Shown: in pieces, positions 17,847 to 26,570 of the stretch | How positions within the stretch are numbered: position 1 is the stretch's first letter | How the letters are laid out: each line of letters starts with the position of its first letter | Assembly: GCA_004297215.1 (NCBI GenBank) | Contig: SCUM01000001.1 | Coordinates: forward strand, 545,181-609,180 | Direction: 5' to 3' | From: Patescibacteria group bacterium | Lineage (GTDB): Bacteria > Patescibacteriota > Patescibacteriia > UBA9934 > GWF2-40-263 | Length of the DNA stretch: 64,000 nucleotides | Made by a program: the position numbers and the translations under genes | Notes under the pieces: model-generated | The model's input: only the letters and a program-made list of their open reading frames with translations | Database searches by the model: none | What the model was told of the DNA's origin: nothing

Positions 17847-20318
17847 CTACGGGTTCGACGCGGCGGCTGGGGCTTCGGCCGCGGCTTCCGCGACGGGCTC
17901 GGTTGGGGGCGGCTGGGTGGCGCCGGTCTCGCCGGCCTCCACCGGTTCCGGGAGCACCGTGGTGTTCTCGCCGGCTTTCATGCGCTCGAGGCGCTTTGTG
18001 ACCAGCTCGTTGTCCGGATTGAGCTCGGCGACGCGGGAAACGAGCGCGATGGCCTGCTCGCTCTTCCTCGCGATCTCATAGGCGCTCGCGAGGAACCACA
18101 TCACGTTGGAATTGTCCTTCACCAGGCCGTTCGCGCGCTCAAGCTCGGCGATCGCCTTGTTCGTTTCCTTCAGGCGCAGGTACAGGAGCCCGAGCTCGAG
18201 GGAGAGCCCCACGTCGAGCGGGTTTTGCACGGTGAGCGCCGCGAGGCCGGCGGCGGCCTCGGACAGCTTGTCGTTGCGCTCGGCGAGCACGGCGAGGTAA
18301 TAGCGCGCCGGGGCGTAGTCGGGCTTGAGCTCCACGGCCTTGTCGAGCGCCTCCTTGGCGGCCTGCAACTCCTTGGGGAGCGCCTCCTTGGCCTTCGCGG
18401 ATACCTCCGCGTCCTTGTTGTTTTGGAGCGCCCGGGCGCGGTCGGCGACCGAGAGGTGCACGCGCGCGAGTTCCACGCGCAGCGACGGGTTGTTGGGCTC
18501 CAGATCGATCGCCTGCTGGAAGCTGGCCGCCGCGAAATCCTCGGCGTTGCCCACGAAGTTCATGAGCTCGCGGTAAATCGCGCCGCGGGTGCTCCAGTTG
18601 GCCACCTGCTCGGGCGCGATCGCGGTGGCGCGGCTGGCGGCGTCGACCGCGAGCGACACGTACTGCTGCAGCCGCTGCGTATCCTCGGGCTTGGGTTGGG
18701 CGCCAATGGCGGCCGCCACGGACCCGGCCTGCACGAGGCTCGCGGAGGCGAGGTTGCGCCAGTACAGGTCGCTGCTGGCGTTGCGATTCACGGCCTCACC
18801 CAGCTGGAGGAGAATCTCCTCGGCCGGCTTCCCTTCGCGGTCCATCTTGAGCGCCTTGGAAAACGCGAGCTCGGCGCCGTAGCGCTGCGCCACCACCGAG
18901 ACGCCCGTGAGCGTGCCCACGAGCACCACCACGAAGGCGAACGACCCGGCAAGGCCCAGGCGCGGGTCATCCGAGAAGTCCACCGTCTTGGGCGCGAGGA
19001 GCACCTGCGAGGCCAACAGCCCCGAAAGGGCGAAGAGGAGGAAGGAGAGGGAGAAGTTAGACGCGTACAAGAGGTGCGCGAGCAGCACCGCGAGCCAGCC
19101 CGTGAGGAACACGAAGGTCATCTTCCACTCATCCCCCTCGCGCTCCTTGAGGATGCGCGAGAACGCCATCAGGCCGAGCAGAACGAAGAAGGCCGTGGCG
19201 AGCAGCACGGGAATCACGCCGTAGGTGGCAAGCGCGGTGAGGAGGTGGCTCTTGGCACGGTCGAACCGCAGGGTCCAGAACCGCGACTGGTTCACTTCCA
19301 CCGGGCGGTACTTGGCGTAATCCTCGGCAAAGGTGCCCGGGCCGGAGCCAAACAGCATCGGGAGGACCCCCTCCTTGAGCGTTTGGCCGGCAATGCTCGC
19401 GCTCATCCCGTAGGTGGGCGAGATGACCGACGGGAACGGCAGCGAGAACGGGCTCTTGATCTGTGGGAGGATGAACACCACGGCGGCGGCGAGCATGAGC
19501 AGCGGAAGCACGAACCGCTGCGGGTGCGGGAAGCGCTTGGCCTGCAAGAACAGGAACGCGGCCATCACGAGCACGCCTGCGACCACCAGCATCCACAGGA
19601 CCCAGAAGTCGACAGAGAGCAGGAGCACGAGCGCGAGCACGGCGTTGCCCACGGAAAGGACGCGCAGCAACAATCCGGCCTTGCCGTCCGGGGCCGGGTC
19701 GCCGCCGGAGCCGTCACTCACCACGAACGAGGCGCAGCCGAGCAAGGCGCAGACGGTGACGAACGCGGCGAGGGCGTTCACGGTGCCGATCGTGTTGAAC
19801 CCGGCGGCGGCGCCGATGCCCGGGAGCGGCACGCCAAGCACGAGCGCGATGGCCATGAGCGCGGACAGGAAGCCGGCGCCAAGGAGCGCGGTGAGCAGCC
19901 GTCGCTGGAGCGAGGTCTCATGCGCGACGTGCGAGAGGAGCACGAACAGCAATCCGAAGGAGAGCAGCGACAGGAAGCTCATGTACTCCTGCCCGCCCTG
20001 CCCGATCCAGCTCAGGTAGCCGCTCGAGGAGAGCGCGGCGGACACGGCCACCGAGACGAGCGCGCCGGCGCCCACCGCGTACAGCCAGCTCGGCCGGATG
20101 GACAGCCGCTTTCGCATCACCATCCCGCCCAGCCAGGAGAACAATCCGACGGCGAGCAGGGCGACGAGCAGCGTCTGCTTATTGATCTCGAGCGCGTCCG
20201 ACGTCCAGGGGAGGAAGAACAGCGGGAGCAGGAGAAAGAGCAGCACCAGCGCGAGGCGTGACAGCGGGCCGGCAAGGCGGACCAACTTCGACTCGCCCGA
20301 GGCGAAAGACATGTCCAT
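17847..20318 (-). CDS. Polytopic membrane protein (O-antigen ligase-like) with C-terminal TPR repeats
   Basis: About 12 TM segments, FNTIG, FGSGPGTF, FDRAKS, followed by TPR helices (AIDLEPNN, AVELKPDYAPARYYLA). Confidence 0.8.
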   Translation of the reverse strand: MDMSFASGESKLVRLAGPLSRLALVLLFLLLPLFFLPWTSDALEINKQTLLVALLAVGLFSWLGGMVMRKRLSIRPSWLYAVGAGALVSVAVSAALSSSGYLSWIGQGGQEYMSFLSLLSFGLLFVLLSHVAHETSLQRRLLTALLGAGFLSALMAIALVLGVPLPGIGAAAGFNTIGTVNALAAFVTVCALLGCASFVVSDGSGGDPAPDGKAGLLLRVLSVGNAVLALVLLLSVDFWVLWMLVVAGVLVMAAFLFLQAKRFPHPQRFVLPLLMLAAAVVFILPQIKSPFSLPFPSVISPTYGMSASIAGQTLKEGVLPMLFGSGPGTFAEDYAKYRPVEVNQSRFWTLRFDRAKSHLLTALATYGVIPVLLATAFFVLLGLMAFSRILKEREGDEWKMTFVFLTGWLAVLLAHLLYASNFSLSFLLFALSGLLASQVLLAPKTVDFSDDPRLGLAGSFAFVVVLVGTLTGVSVVAQRYGAELAFSKALKMDREGKPAEEILLQLGEAVNRNASSDLYWRNLASASLVQAGSVAAAIGAQPKPEDTQRLQQYVSLAVDAASRATAIAPEQVANWSTRGAIYRELMNFVGNAEDFAAASFQQAIDLEPNNPSLRVELARVHLSVADRARALQNNKDAEVSAKAKEALPKELQAAKEALDKAVELKPDYAPARYYLAVLAERNDKLSEAAAGLAALTVQNPLDVGLSLELGLLYLRLKETNKAIAELERANGLVKDNSNVMWFLASAYEIARKSEQAIALVSRVAELNPDNELVTKRLERMKAGENTTVLPEPVEAGETGATQPPPTEPVAEAAAEAPAAASNP

Positions 20319-20401
20319 ACGTTAGACGAAATCATGAACGATTGGCCGCAGTATACCACGGCCTCCGGGCGCTGTCTGGTACAATGGGGTGGATAGGTCT
20401 T

Positions 20402-21769
20402 ATGCCGTACGATCCCACCGACGCGGCGCGTCGCCTGCGGTCCCTGCTTGATCGGGACCCGGCGTTGGCGTTCACCAAGGCGTTCCTGCGCGATCATCCG
20501 GGTGCGGACCTGTACCTGGTGGGCGGCGCCCTGCGTGACGCCTTGCTCGGGCGCGACGCGAAGGACGTGGACCTGGTGGCGCGCGGACGCGCGCGCGGCG
20601 AACTCGAGCGTTGGCTGCGATCGCGCGGCGCGGTCGAGCTCGTGGGCGAGACGTTCGGCGTGTACAAGTTCCTCCCGCACGGGATCTCGCCGAAGGAGCG
20701 GCCGTTCGTGGACGTCGCCCTGCCCCGCCGGGAGCACGCGAGCGCCGGGAGCCTTGGCGGCTATCGCGATTTCGACCTGCAGGTGGATCCGATGCTTCCC
20801 ATCGAGGCGGATCTCGCCCGGCGCGACTTCACGGTAAACGCCATGGCGTACGACCTGCGCCGCGGCACGATCGTGGACCCCTGGCATGGGCAGAGCGACC
20901 TGCGCCTGGGGGTGATCCGCGCCGTCGGCGTGCCCGGCGAACGCTTCCTGGAAGACCTTTCCCGCCTCCTGCGCGCCATCCGTTTCGCCGCGGAGCTCGG
21001 GTTCGACATCGAGGATGCCACCCGACTCGCCCTGCATGAAGCCGCGCCCAACATCAACGACGTCCGCGAAACGGATGGGGTCCGGCATTTCGTCGTGCCG
21101 CGCGAGACGGTGGGAAGCGAGCTGGCCAAGGCGTTCGTCGCGCACGCGTTCGTCGCCGCCGACCTCCTGCAAAAAAGCGGCCTCATGCGCGAGCTCCTCC
21201 CGGAGGCGGAAGCGTCCTTTTCGGGCGATGCGCGCTTCTTTGAGCCGCTGCGCGCGCTTCCCGCAGGCCGCCTCACGGCCGCGCTCGCGCTCCTCATGCG
21301 CGCCGTTCCCGCCGCCACGGTCATCCCGGCGCTCAAACGCGTCGGTTTGGACACCCTTCCCTCCGGGAGCCCCCTGCGCGCGCATCTCGATGACGTGGCA
21401 TGGATCGTCACGCGCATCCAGCAAGGCGCCCCGGATCCCGCCACGATGCGCCCGGGCCTGTTCGAACGAACCTTCATGAACGGGCATGCGAAGAACTATG
21501 TCCTCGTGCTGAAGGCGCTCGGCAACGACGCGGTCGTCGCGGCTGCTGAAATGCGGGCGCAGGAGCTGCGCCGCGCCTGGGGAGTCACCGAAGACGAACG
21601 GATCCCCGCGCTCGTGTCCGGCGACGACGCGATTGCCGCCGGCCTCGCGCCAGGGCCCCGCGTGCGCCTCGCCCTCGACGCCGTGCGCGACGCGCAGCTC
21701 GAAGGCACGGTGATGACCCGCACGCGCGCGCTCAAGTGGCTCAAGGAACACCTGGGGACGGCGTACTGA
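20402..21769 (+). CDS. cca: CCA-adding tRNA nucleotidyltransferase / poly(A) polymerase family
   Basis: YLVGGALRDALLGRDAKDVDL, DLARRDFTVNAMA, RFLEDLSRLLRAIRFA; no recognisable HD domain. Confidence 0.88.
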   Translation: MPYDPTDAARRLRSLLDRDPALAFTKAFLRDHPGADLYLVGGALRDALLGRDAKDVDLVARGRARGELERWLRSRGAVELVGETFGVYKFLPHGISPKERPFVDVALPRREHASAGSLGGYRDFDLQVDPMLPIEADLARRDFTVNAMAYDLRRGTIVDPWHGQSDLRLGVIRAVGVPGERFLEDLSRLLRAIRFAAELGFDIEDATRLALHEAAPNINDVRETDGVRHFVVPRETVGSELAKAFVAHAFVAADLLQKSGLMRELLPEAEASFSGDARFFEPLRALPAGRLTAALALLMRAVPAATVIPALKRVGLDTLPSGSPLRAHLDDVAWIVTRIQQGAPDPATMRPGLFERTFMNGHAKNYVLVLKALGNDAVVAAAEMRAQELRRAWGVTEDERIPALVSGDDAIAAGLAPGPRVRLALDAVRDAQLEGTVMTRTRALKWLKEHLGTAY

Positions 21770-21778
21770 CGCGAGACG

Positions 21779-21806
21779 AAAAAGACCCCCGGAAGGGAGT
21801 CTTTTT
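21779..21806. terminator. Bidirectional terminator
   Basis: aaaaagaccccc-ggaa-gggagtcttttt. Confidence 0.7.
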
Positions 21807-21883
21807 TGGTGGGCGGCAGAGGAGTCGAACCTCTGACCTTCACAATGTCAATGTGACGCTCTAACCAACTGAGCTAGCCGCCC
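21807..21883 (-). tRNA. tRNA-Val(GAC)
   Basis: Reverse complement GGGCGGCTAGCTCAG...TCACA-TTGACAT-TGTGA...GGTTCGACTCC...GCCCACCA. Confidence 0.95.
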
Positions 21884-21922
21884 GAAAATGTGCCGCGAGC
21901 GTATCGAAAACGGACGTCCGCG

Positions 21923-23209
21923 TCAACCCTTCCGCCGCAAGGCGATCATCAGGTCCGAGACGTTGCTCCCCGTGTGGCCCGTCATGATCTGTCCCCCGGC
22001 TTTCTTGAAGAACGACGACGAGTCGTTGCGAGCGAGGAACGCGTCGGGGTCCAGTTTCTTCTTGCGTGCGGCGTCACGGACCGTTGCGTCGGCGAATGCG
22101 CCGGCGACCGGACCGTTGTCGATGCCGTCGGAGGCGCAGGAGAGCACGAGCCCGTCGTCCGGGACGTGTGACAGGGCCCCGAGCGCGAGCTCCTGGTTGC
22201 GGCCGCCGCGGCCCGAGCCGCGCACGGTCACGGTGGTCTCGCCCCCGGCGATCACCATCTCCCCGGGCTGCGGCAGCCCGGCAAGCGTGGCGCCCACCTG
22301 TCGCGCCTCGCCCGAGACCGCGGTGCCGTGCACGCGCACCACGTACCCGCGGCGCTCCCCTTCTTCTTCCATGGCCGCAAGCGCGGTGCGGTTGCCGAGG
22401 ATCAGCACGTTGGTCACCCGCTGGAACAGCGCCGGATCCTTGGGGGTCTCGCGCAGCTCGCACGCGGGGAGCTTGCAGGCCTTGAGCGGGTCGTAGCGAT
22501 CCATGATCCTGCGCGCGTCGTCGATGGTCGTCTGGTCGAGCACGGTAGGGCCCGACGCGACCTGGGAGATGTCGTCCCCGGGCACGTCGGAAAAGACGAG
22601 GCCGAGCACGGTCGCGGGAGCGGCGAGCGCGGCGAGCTGGCCGCCGAGGATCTCGGAGACGTGCTTGCGCACCGTGTTCGTCTCGTGGATGTCGGCGCCC
22701 TCGCGCATGAGCGCGGCGGTGAGCATGGACACCTGGTCGCACGTGAGCGCATGGGGCCAGCACAGGAGCGCGGAGCCGCCGCCGGAAGCGATCACGATGA
22801 GCAGGTCGTCGGGACGCAGGCTCTTCACGAGCCCGATGATCTCGCCGGTGGCGCGCACGTTGGCGGGGCTCGGCAGAGGATGGGAGCCGGCGATGCTCTT
22901 CAGGCGTTTCAGCTTCCCCGCCTTCACGTCGAGCACGATCCCGTCCGTGAGGCGTTCTCCGAGGATCCCTTCAAGCGCGGCAGCCGCCTCGTACGCGGCC
23001 TTGCCGATGCCGATCACGAACGTGCGGCCGAACCGGCTGAGGTCGAACCGCCGCCCGCGCACCGTGAGCATGCGCCCCTCACGCGAAACCGCCTCGCGCA
23101 TGGCGGCGCGCGTGTCGATGGCCCGGAGGCCCGCCTCAAGCACCGCAAGCGCGTCGCGCCGGCGGCGGTCGGTGGCAAGGGCGGCGTAGTTCTTCACGAC
23201 ATGCTTCAT
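21923..23209 (-). CDS. Glycerate 2-kinase-type protein (DUF4147 + MOFRL)
   Basis: IGIGKAA, HPLP, SGGGSAL, SDVPGDD, SGPT, GGETTV, GGRNQE, TGHTGSNVSD. Confidence 0.92.
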   Translation of the reverse strand: MKHVVKNYAALATDRRRRDALAVLEAGLRAIDTRAAMREAVSREGRMLTVRGRRFDLSRFGRTFVIGIGKAAYEAAAALEGILGERLTDGIVLDVKAGKLKRLKSIAGSHPLPSPANVRATGEIIGLVKSLRPDDLLIVIASGGGSALLCWPHALTCDQVSMLTAALMREGADIHETNTVRKHVSEILGGQLAALAAPATVLGLVFSDVPGDDISQVASGPTVLDQTTIDDARRIMDRYDPLKACKLPACELRETPKDPALFQRVTNVLILGNRTALAAMEEEGERRGYVVRVHGTAVSGEARQVGATLAGLPQPGEMVIAGGETTVTVRGSGRGGRNQELALGALSHVPDDGLVLSCASDGIDNGPVAGAFADATVRDAARKKKLDPDAFLARNDSSSFFKKAGGQIMTGHTGSNVSDLMIALRRKG

Positions 23210-23628
23210 ACGATCGGCTCTTCAGGCTCTTCGCCGTCCTTCTCAAGCCGCACCCACGGGCGGATCGACGTGCTCGCGAGCGCGAGGATCAGGAACCCGC
23301 CCGCGACCAGGGCGGCGGCGCCGATCAAGAAGGCGACAAGGATGGTCGAGAAGCCGCAACCGAACAGGGCGGCCAATGACTCGGCTTTCGTCTGAGACGC
23401 CACGAGGCACGCGTTGAGCGCCGCGCCGGAGCGTCCGACGCCGTAGACGGACGCGCCGATGCCGCACGCAAACGCGAGCAGGGTGAACAGGCAGCTGAAC
23501 CGCACCTTGCGCACGCGCCCGAGGCGCAACAGCGACACCAGCGCGAACATCACGCCGCCGCCCACCCAATAGAGGAGCGACCAGATGAGGGCGAGCAGGA
23601 TGACGAGCGCGCGCACTTCTGGATCCAT
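23206..23628 (-). CDS. Hypothetical membrane protein
   Basis: Three hydrophobic segments; ATGA overlap with the downstream gene; TATACT 9 nt upstream. Confidence 0.7.
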   Translation of the reverse strand: MDPEVRALVILLALIWSLLYWVGGGVMFALVSLLRLGRVRKVRFSCLFTLLAFACGIGASVYGVGRSGAALNACLVASQTKAESLAALFGCGFSTILVAFLIGAAALVAGGFLILALASTSIRPWVRLEKDGEEPEEPIV

Positions 23629-23712
23629 ATGGGTCCGAGTATAGCACCATTGCCATTTCGCGCGTAAAATGGTGGAATGCGCCCTCGCCTAAGTCGCGAG
23701 GTCGCTCAGTTC

Positions 23713-23789
23713 AGGCCCGTAGCTCAGCTGGTTAGAGCGCCGAGCTTATACCTCGGTGGTCGATGGTTCGAGTCCATCCGGGCCTACCA
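23713..23789 (+). tRNA. tRNA-Ile(TAT/UAU)
   Basis: AGGCCCG acceptor stem, anticodon arm CCGAG-CTTATAC-CTCGG (TAT at 23747-23749), GGTTCGAGTCC, ACCA end. Confidence 0.92.
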
Positions 23790-23796
23790 TGAAATC

Positions 23797-23931
23797 AAAA
23801 CTTGAAACATGAAAACTTGAAGGATCAAAGGGTGACGGAAAGGTTGAAGGACGAAGTTTAAAATTTCATTCTTCATCCATTCGACCTTTCCATGAAACTT
23901 TGGTCCTTCAAGATTTGGTTCTTCAAGTTTT
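23797..23931. repeat. About 135-nt AT-rich imperfect palindrome, copy 1
   Basis: aaaacttgaa...cttgaaggatcaaaggg...ctttggtccttcaag...ttcaagtttt; homologous to 31252-31387. Confidence 0.85.
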
Positions 23932-23941
23932 CGTTCACCCT

Positions 23942-24121
23942 ATGCCATTCCTCTTCCTCGGCATCCTCATCCTCGGCGTCGGCATCTATTTCTATCGCGA
24001 GGCGAAAAAACAGCACGACCACGAAGGCGAGATCGGATGCAAGGCGCTCATCGTCGCCGGGATCATCCTGATTCTCGTGCATGGGCTGTTTTTCCGCACC
24101 GTGATCGTGCTCGGACTATGA
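23942..24121 (+). CDS. Small two-TM membrane protein
   Basis: MPFLFLGILILGVGIYFY...LIVAGIILILVHGLFF; ATGA overlap with the RluA-family gene. Confidence 0.65.
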   Translation: MPFLFLGILILGVGIYFYREAKKQHDHEGEIGCKALIVAGIILILVHGLFFRTVIVLGL

Positions 24122-25035
24122 AGAAGCTCGCCGTGCCGCCCGAAGCCGACAAGATGCGCCTCGACCTGTTCTTGGCGGGCGCGCTCAAGTGTGCGCGCAC
24201 CAAGGCGCAGGCCCATGTGAAGGCCGGGCTGGTCCGTCGCGCCGGGGCGGCGATGAAGCCGCACGCGCCGGTGCATGCGGGCGACGTGCTCGAGATCGAC
24301 CCGGTCGCGAAGGCGCCGGCGTCCAGGGCAAAGCTTCCCGAACTCGACATCCTGTTCGAGGATGATTCCCTGCTCGTCGTGAACAAGCCGGCGGGGCTCT
24401 TGGTGCACGAGGCGCACCCGGGCGACCTCTCCCCCACCCTTGCGGATGCCGCCGCAAAGCACGCGCCGAAGATCAGGAAGGTCGGCGAGGCGGGCCGCCA
24501 CGGCATCGTGCACCGGCTCGACAAGGACGTGTCCGGCGTGATCGCGATCCCGAAGACGCAGGAGATGTTCGAATTCCTCAAAGCCGCCTTCACGAACCGC
24601 GAGCTGGGCAAGGAATACGTCGCGCTCGTGTACGGCAAGCTCCCCAAGGACCATGACCGCATCACGTTCAAGATCGCGAGGTCGAAAAGCAAGGGCCGCA
24701 TGGTGGCGCGCCCGGAGTCGCAGGAAGGCAAGGACGCGGTCACCGAATACGAGGTCATCGCGCGGTACAAGACGGTCACGCTCGTGAAGGTGACGATCGA
24801 GACCGGCCGCACGCACCAGATCCGAACCCATTTCCGCGCCATCGACCATCCGGTGGTGGGAGACACGTTGTATTTCAAGAAGCGGATGAAGAACATCCGG
24901 CCAATCGAGATGGACCGATTGTTCCTGCACGCGCGGCGGCTGGAAATTCCCCTGCCGGACGGCACCCGCAAGGCGTTTAAGGCCCCGCTCCCCGCCGAGC
25001 TCGAAGCCGTCCTGAAGACGCTGCCGACGGTATGA
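24118..25035 (+). CDS. RluA/RluD family pseudouridine synthase
   Basis: S4 domain, VVNKPAGLLVH, GIVHRLDKDVSG, TGRTHQIR, LFLHA. Confidence 0.95.
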   Translation: MKKLAVPPEADKMRLDLFLAGALKCARTKAQAHVKAGLVRRAGAAMKPHAPVHAGDVLEIDPVAKAPASRAKLPELDILFEDDSLLVVNKPAGLLVHEAHPGDLSPTLADAAAKHAPKIRKVGEAGRHGIVHRLDKDVSGVIAIPKTQEMFEFLKAAFTNRELGKEYVALVYGKLPKDHDRITFKIARSKSKGRMVARPESQEGKDAVTEYEVIARYKTVTLVKVTIETGRTHQIRTHFRAIDHPVVGDTLYFKKRMKNIRPIEMDRLFLHARRLEIPLPDGTRKAFKAPLPAELEAVLKTLPTV

Positions 25036-25060
25036 AGACTGTAGGATAAAGGATGTAGGA
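25033..25060. repeat. Left heptamer arm flanking the four-helix-bundle gene
   Basis: tgaagac tgtagga taaagga tgtagga; 25033-25055 is 22/23 complementary to 25435-25457. Confidence 0.85.
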
Positions 25061-25062
25061 TT

Positions 25063-25428
25063 ATGGGCGTTGAACCTTCGGAGCAGACCTTCCATCAAAG
25101 GTTACGGGGCAAGATGGACTCATACGTCCATCTTGTTTATGACCTGACGGGAAAATTCCCTTCGGAAGAAAAGTTTGGTGTGACTTCTCAATTGCGTCGA
25201 GCTGCATTATCTGTCGTGTTGAACTACGTGGAAGGCTTTGCGCGATTCCGAAGCCGAGTAAACAAGAACTTCCTAGAAATCTCCTTTGGTTCTTTAAAGG
25301 AATCGGAATATTTGGTCGACTTCTCGTCGAAGAGGGGTTATTGTTCGCGGGAAGAGACCGTCGTGATACGGGAGACGGCGCGAGAAATCGGCGCCATGCT
25401 ATGGGGCATCCTGCAACGCATCGAGTAG
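25063..25428 (+). CDS. Four helix bundle protein (23S rRNA IVP / Avd-like family)
   Basis: VYDLTGKFPSEEKFGVTSQLRRAALSVVLNYVEGFAR...FLEISFGSLKE signature; visibly lower GC than its neighbours. Confidence 0.92.
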   Translation: MGVEPSEQTFHQRLRGKMDSYVHLVYDLTGKFPSEEKFGVTSQLRRAALSVVLNYVEGFARFRSRVNKNFLEISFGSLKESEYLVDFSSKRGYCSREETVVIRETAREIGAMLWGILQRIE

Positions 25429-25431
25429 CCA

Positions 25432-25471
25432 TCCCATCCTTCATCCTACAGTCTTCAGTCTACATCCTACT
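25432..25471. repeat. Right heptamer arm flanking the four-helix-bundle gene
   Basis: tccca tccttca tcctaca gtcttca gtctaca tcctact. Confidence 0.85.
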
Positions 25472-25476
25472 TCCCT

Positions 25477-26031
25477 ATGATCATCACCCTCTCCGGCCTT
25501 CCCGGCTCCGGAAAGACCACCATCGCCTCCATGCTCTCCGAGCGGCTTGGCGTGGAATGGTATTCGATGGGCGACCTGCGCGGCAAGATGGCGGCCGAAC
25601 GCGGACTAAGCATCGACGAACTGAATGCGCTGGGCGAGACCGAGGCGTTCACGGACAAGGAGGTGGACGACTACCAGACCAAGCTCGGAGCATCCGGTGA
25701 CGCGTTCGTCATAGACGGGCGGCTCTCGTGGCACTTCATCCCGAAGGCATACAAGGTGTTCCTTTCCGTGGACCCGAAGGAAGGGGCGCGCCGCGTGTTC
25801 GAGGCGCAGAAGGCGCGCGAGCGCGCCGACGAGCGGACGTACGCGTCACAGGACGAGGCTGAGGCGGCGTTGCGCGCGCGCAACGAGAGCGACCAGCGCC
25901 GATACCGGAAATATTACGGGCTCGACATCTTCCAAAAGGCCAACTACGACCTGTGGCTCGACACCACGACGCTCACCCCGCAGCAGATCGTGGCCACGAT
26001 CCTGGCGGCCGTCGAAGCGCGGAAGGCTTGA
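25477..26031 (+). CDS. cmk: Cytidylate kinase, archaeal-type
   Basis: MIITLSGLPGSGKTT, DKEVD, IDGRLS, SDQRRYRKYYGLD, YDLWLDTT. Confidence 0.88.
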   Translation: MIITLSGLPGSGKTTIASMLSERLGVEWYSMGDLRGKMAAERGLSIDELNALGETEAFTDKEVDDYQTKLGASGDAFVIDGRLSWHFIPKAYKVFLSVDPKEGARRVFEAQKARERADERTYASQDEAEAALRARNESDQRRYRKYYGLDIFQKANYDLWLDTTTLTPQQIVATILAAVEARKA

Positions 26032-26127
26032 CGAATCACCCTCGCCCCGTTACCCTTCCGGCACCTTATTATTGCGTACGAACACTCAGCGGCTTTGCCC
26101 TGTGTTCCTCTGCCCAACGTGAATCCT

Positions 26128-26505
26128 ATGGAAGAGAAGAAGCAGGCCAAGGCGTCCCAGGCCGACGTGGTGGCCATCAAGCCGGCGGACGTGAGGCCCG
26201 GCATGGTGGTGCGCGTGCAGGAAAAGATCAAGGACGTCACCAGCAAGGGCGAGGAGCGCGAACGCCTCCAGGCCTTCGAGGGGACGGTCATCTCGGTGCG
26301 CGGCGCGGGAATCTCCCGCACCATGACGGTGCGCAAGACCGCCGGCGGCTGGGGGGTGGAGAAGATCTACCCGCTCGCCTCCCCGGTGATCGGCGGCCTC
26401 GACCTCGTGCGCCAGTTCAAGGTGCGCCGTGCCAAGCTCAACTATCTCACCGAATGGCGCCAGAATCACAAGCGCCCGATGCGCGAGATGAAGAAGGCGA
26501 AGTGA
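26128..26505 (+). CDS. rplS: 50S ribosomal protein L19
   Basis: RPGMVVRV...ERLQAFEGTVI...TVRK...GVEKIYPL...VRRAKLNYL. Confidence 0.95.
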   Translation: MEEKKQAKASQADVVAIKPADVRPGMVVRVQEKIKDVTSKGEERERLQAFEGTVISVRGAGISRTMTVRKTAGGWGVEKIYPLASPVIGGLDLVRQFKVRRAKLNYLTEWRQNHKRPMREMKKAK

Positions 26506-26510
26506 CAAAG

Positions 26511-26537
26511 AAAAACCGGCCGTCTGGCCGGGTTTTT
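26511..26537. terminator. Bidirectional terminator
   Basis: aaaaaccggcc-gtct-ggccgggttttt. Confidence 0.7.
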
Positions 26538-26570
26538 CTTTGTCATCCTGAGGCTATAGGCCGAAGGATC

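Noticed and set aside
25063-25428. Diversity-generating retroelement (gene read as avd)
   Set aside because: No reverse transcriptase and no TR/VR pair differing at adenines was seen in the window
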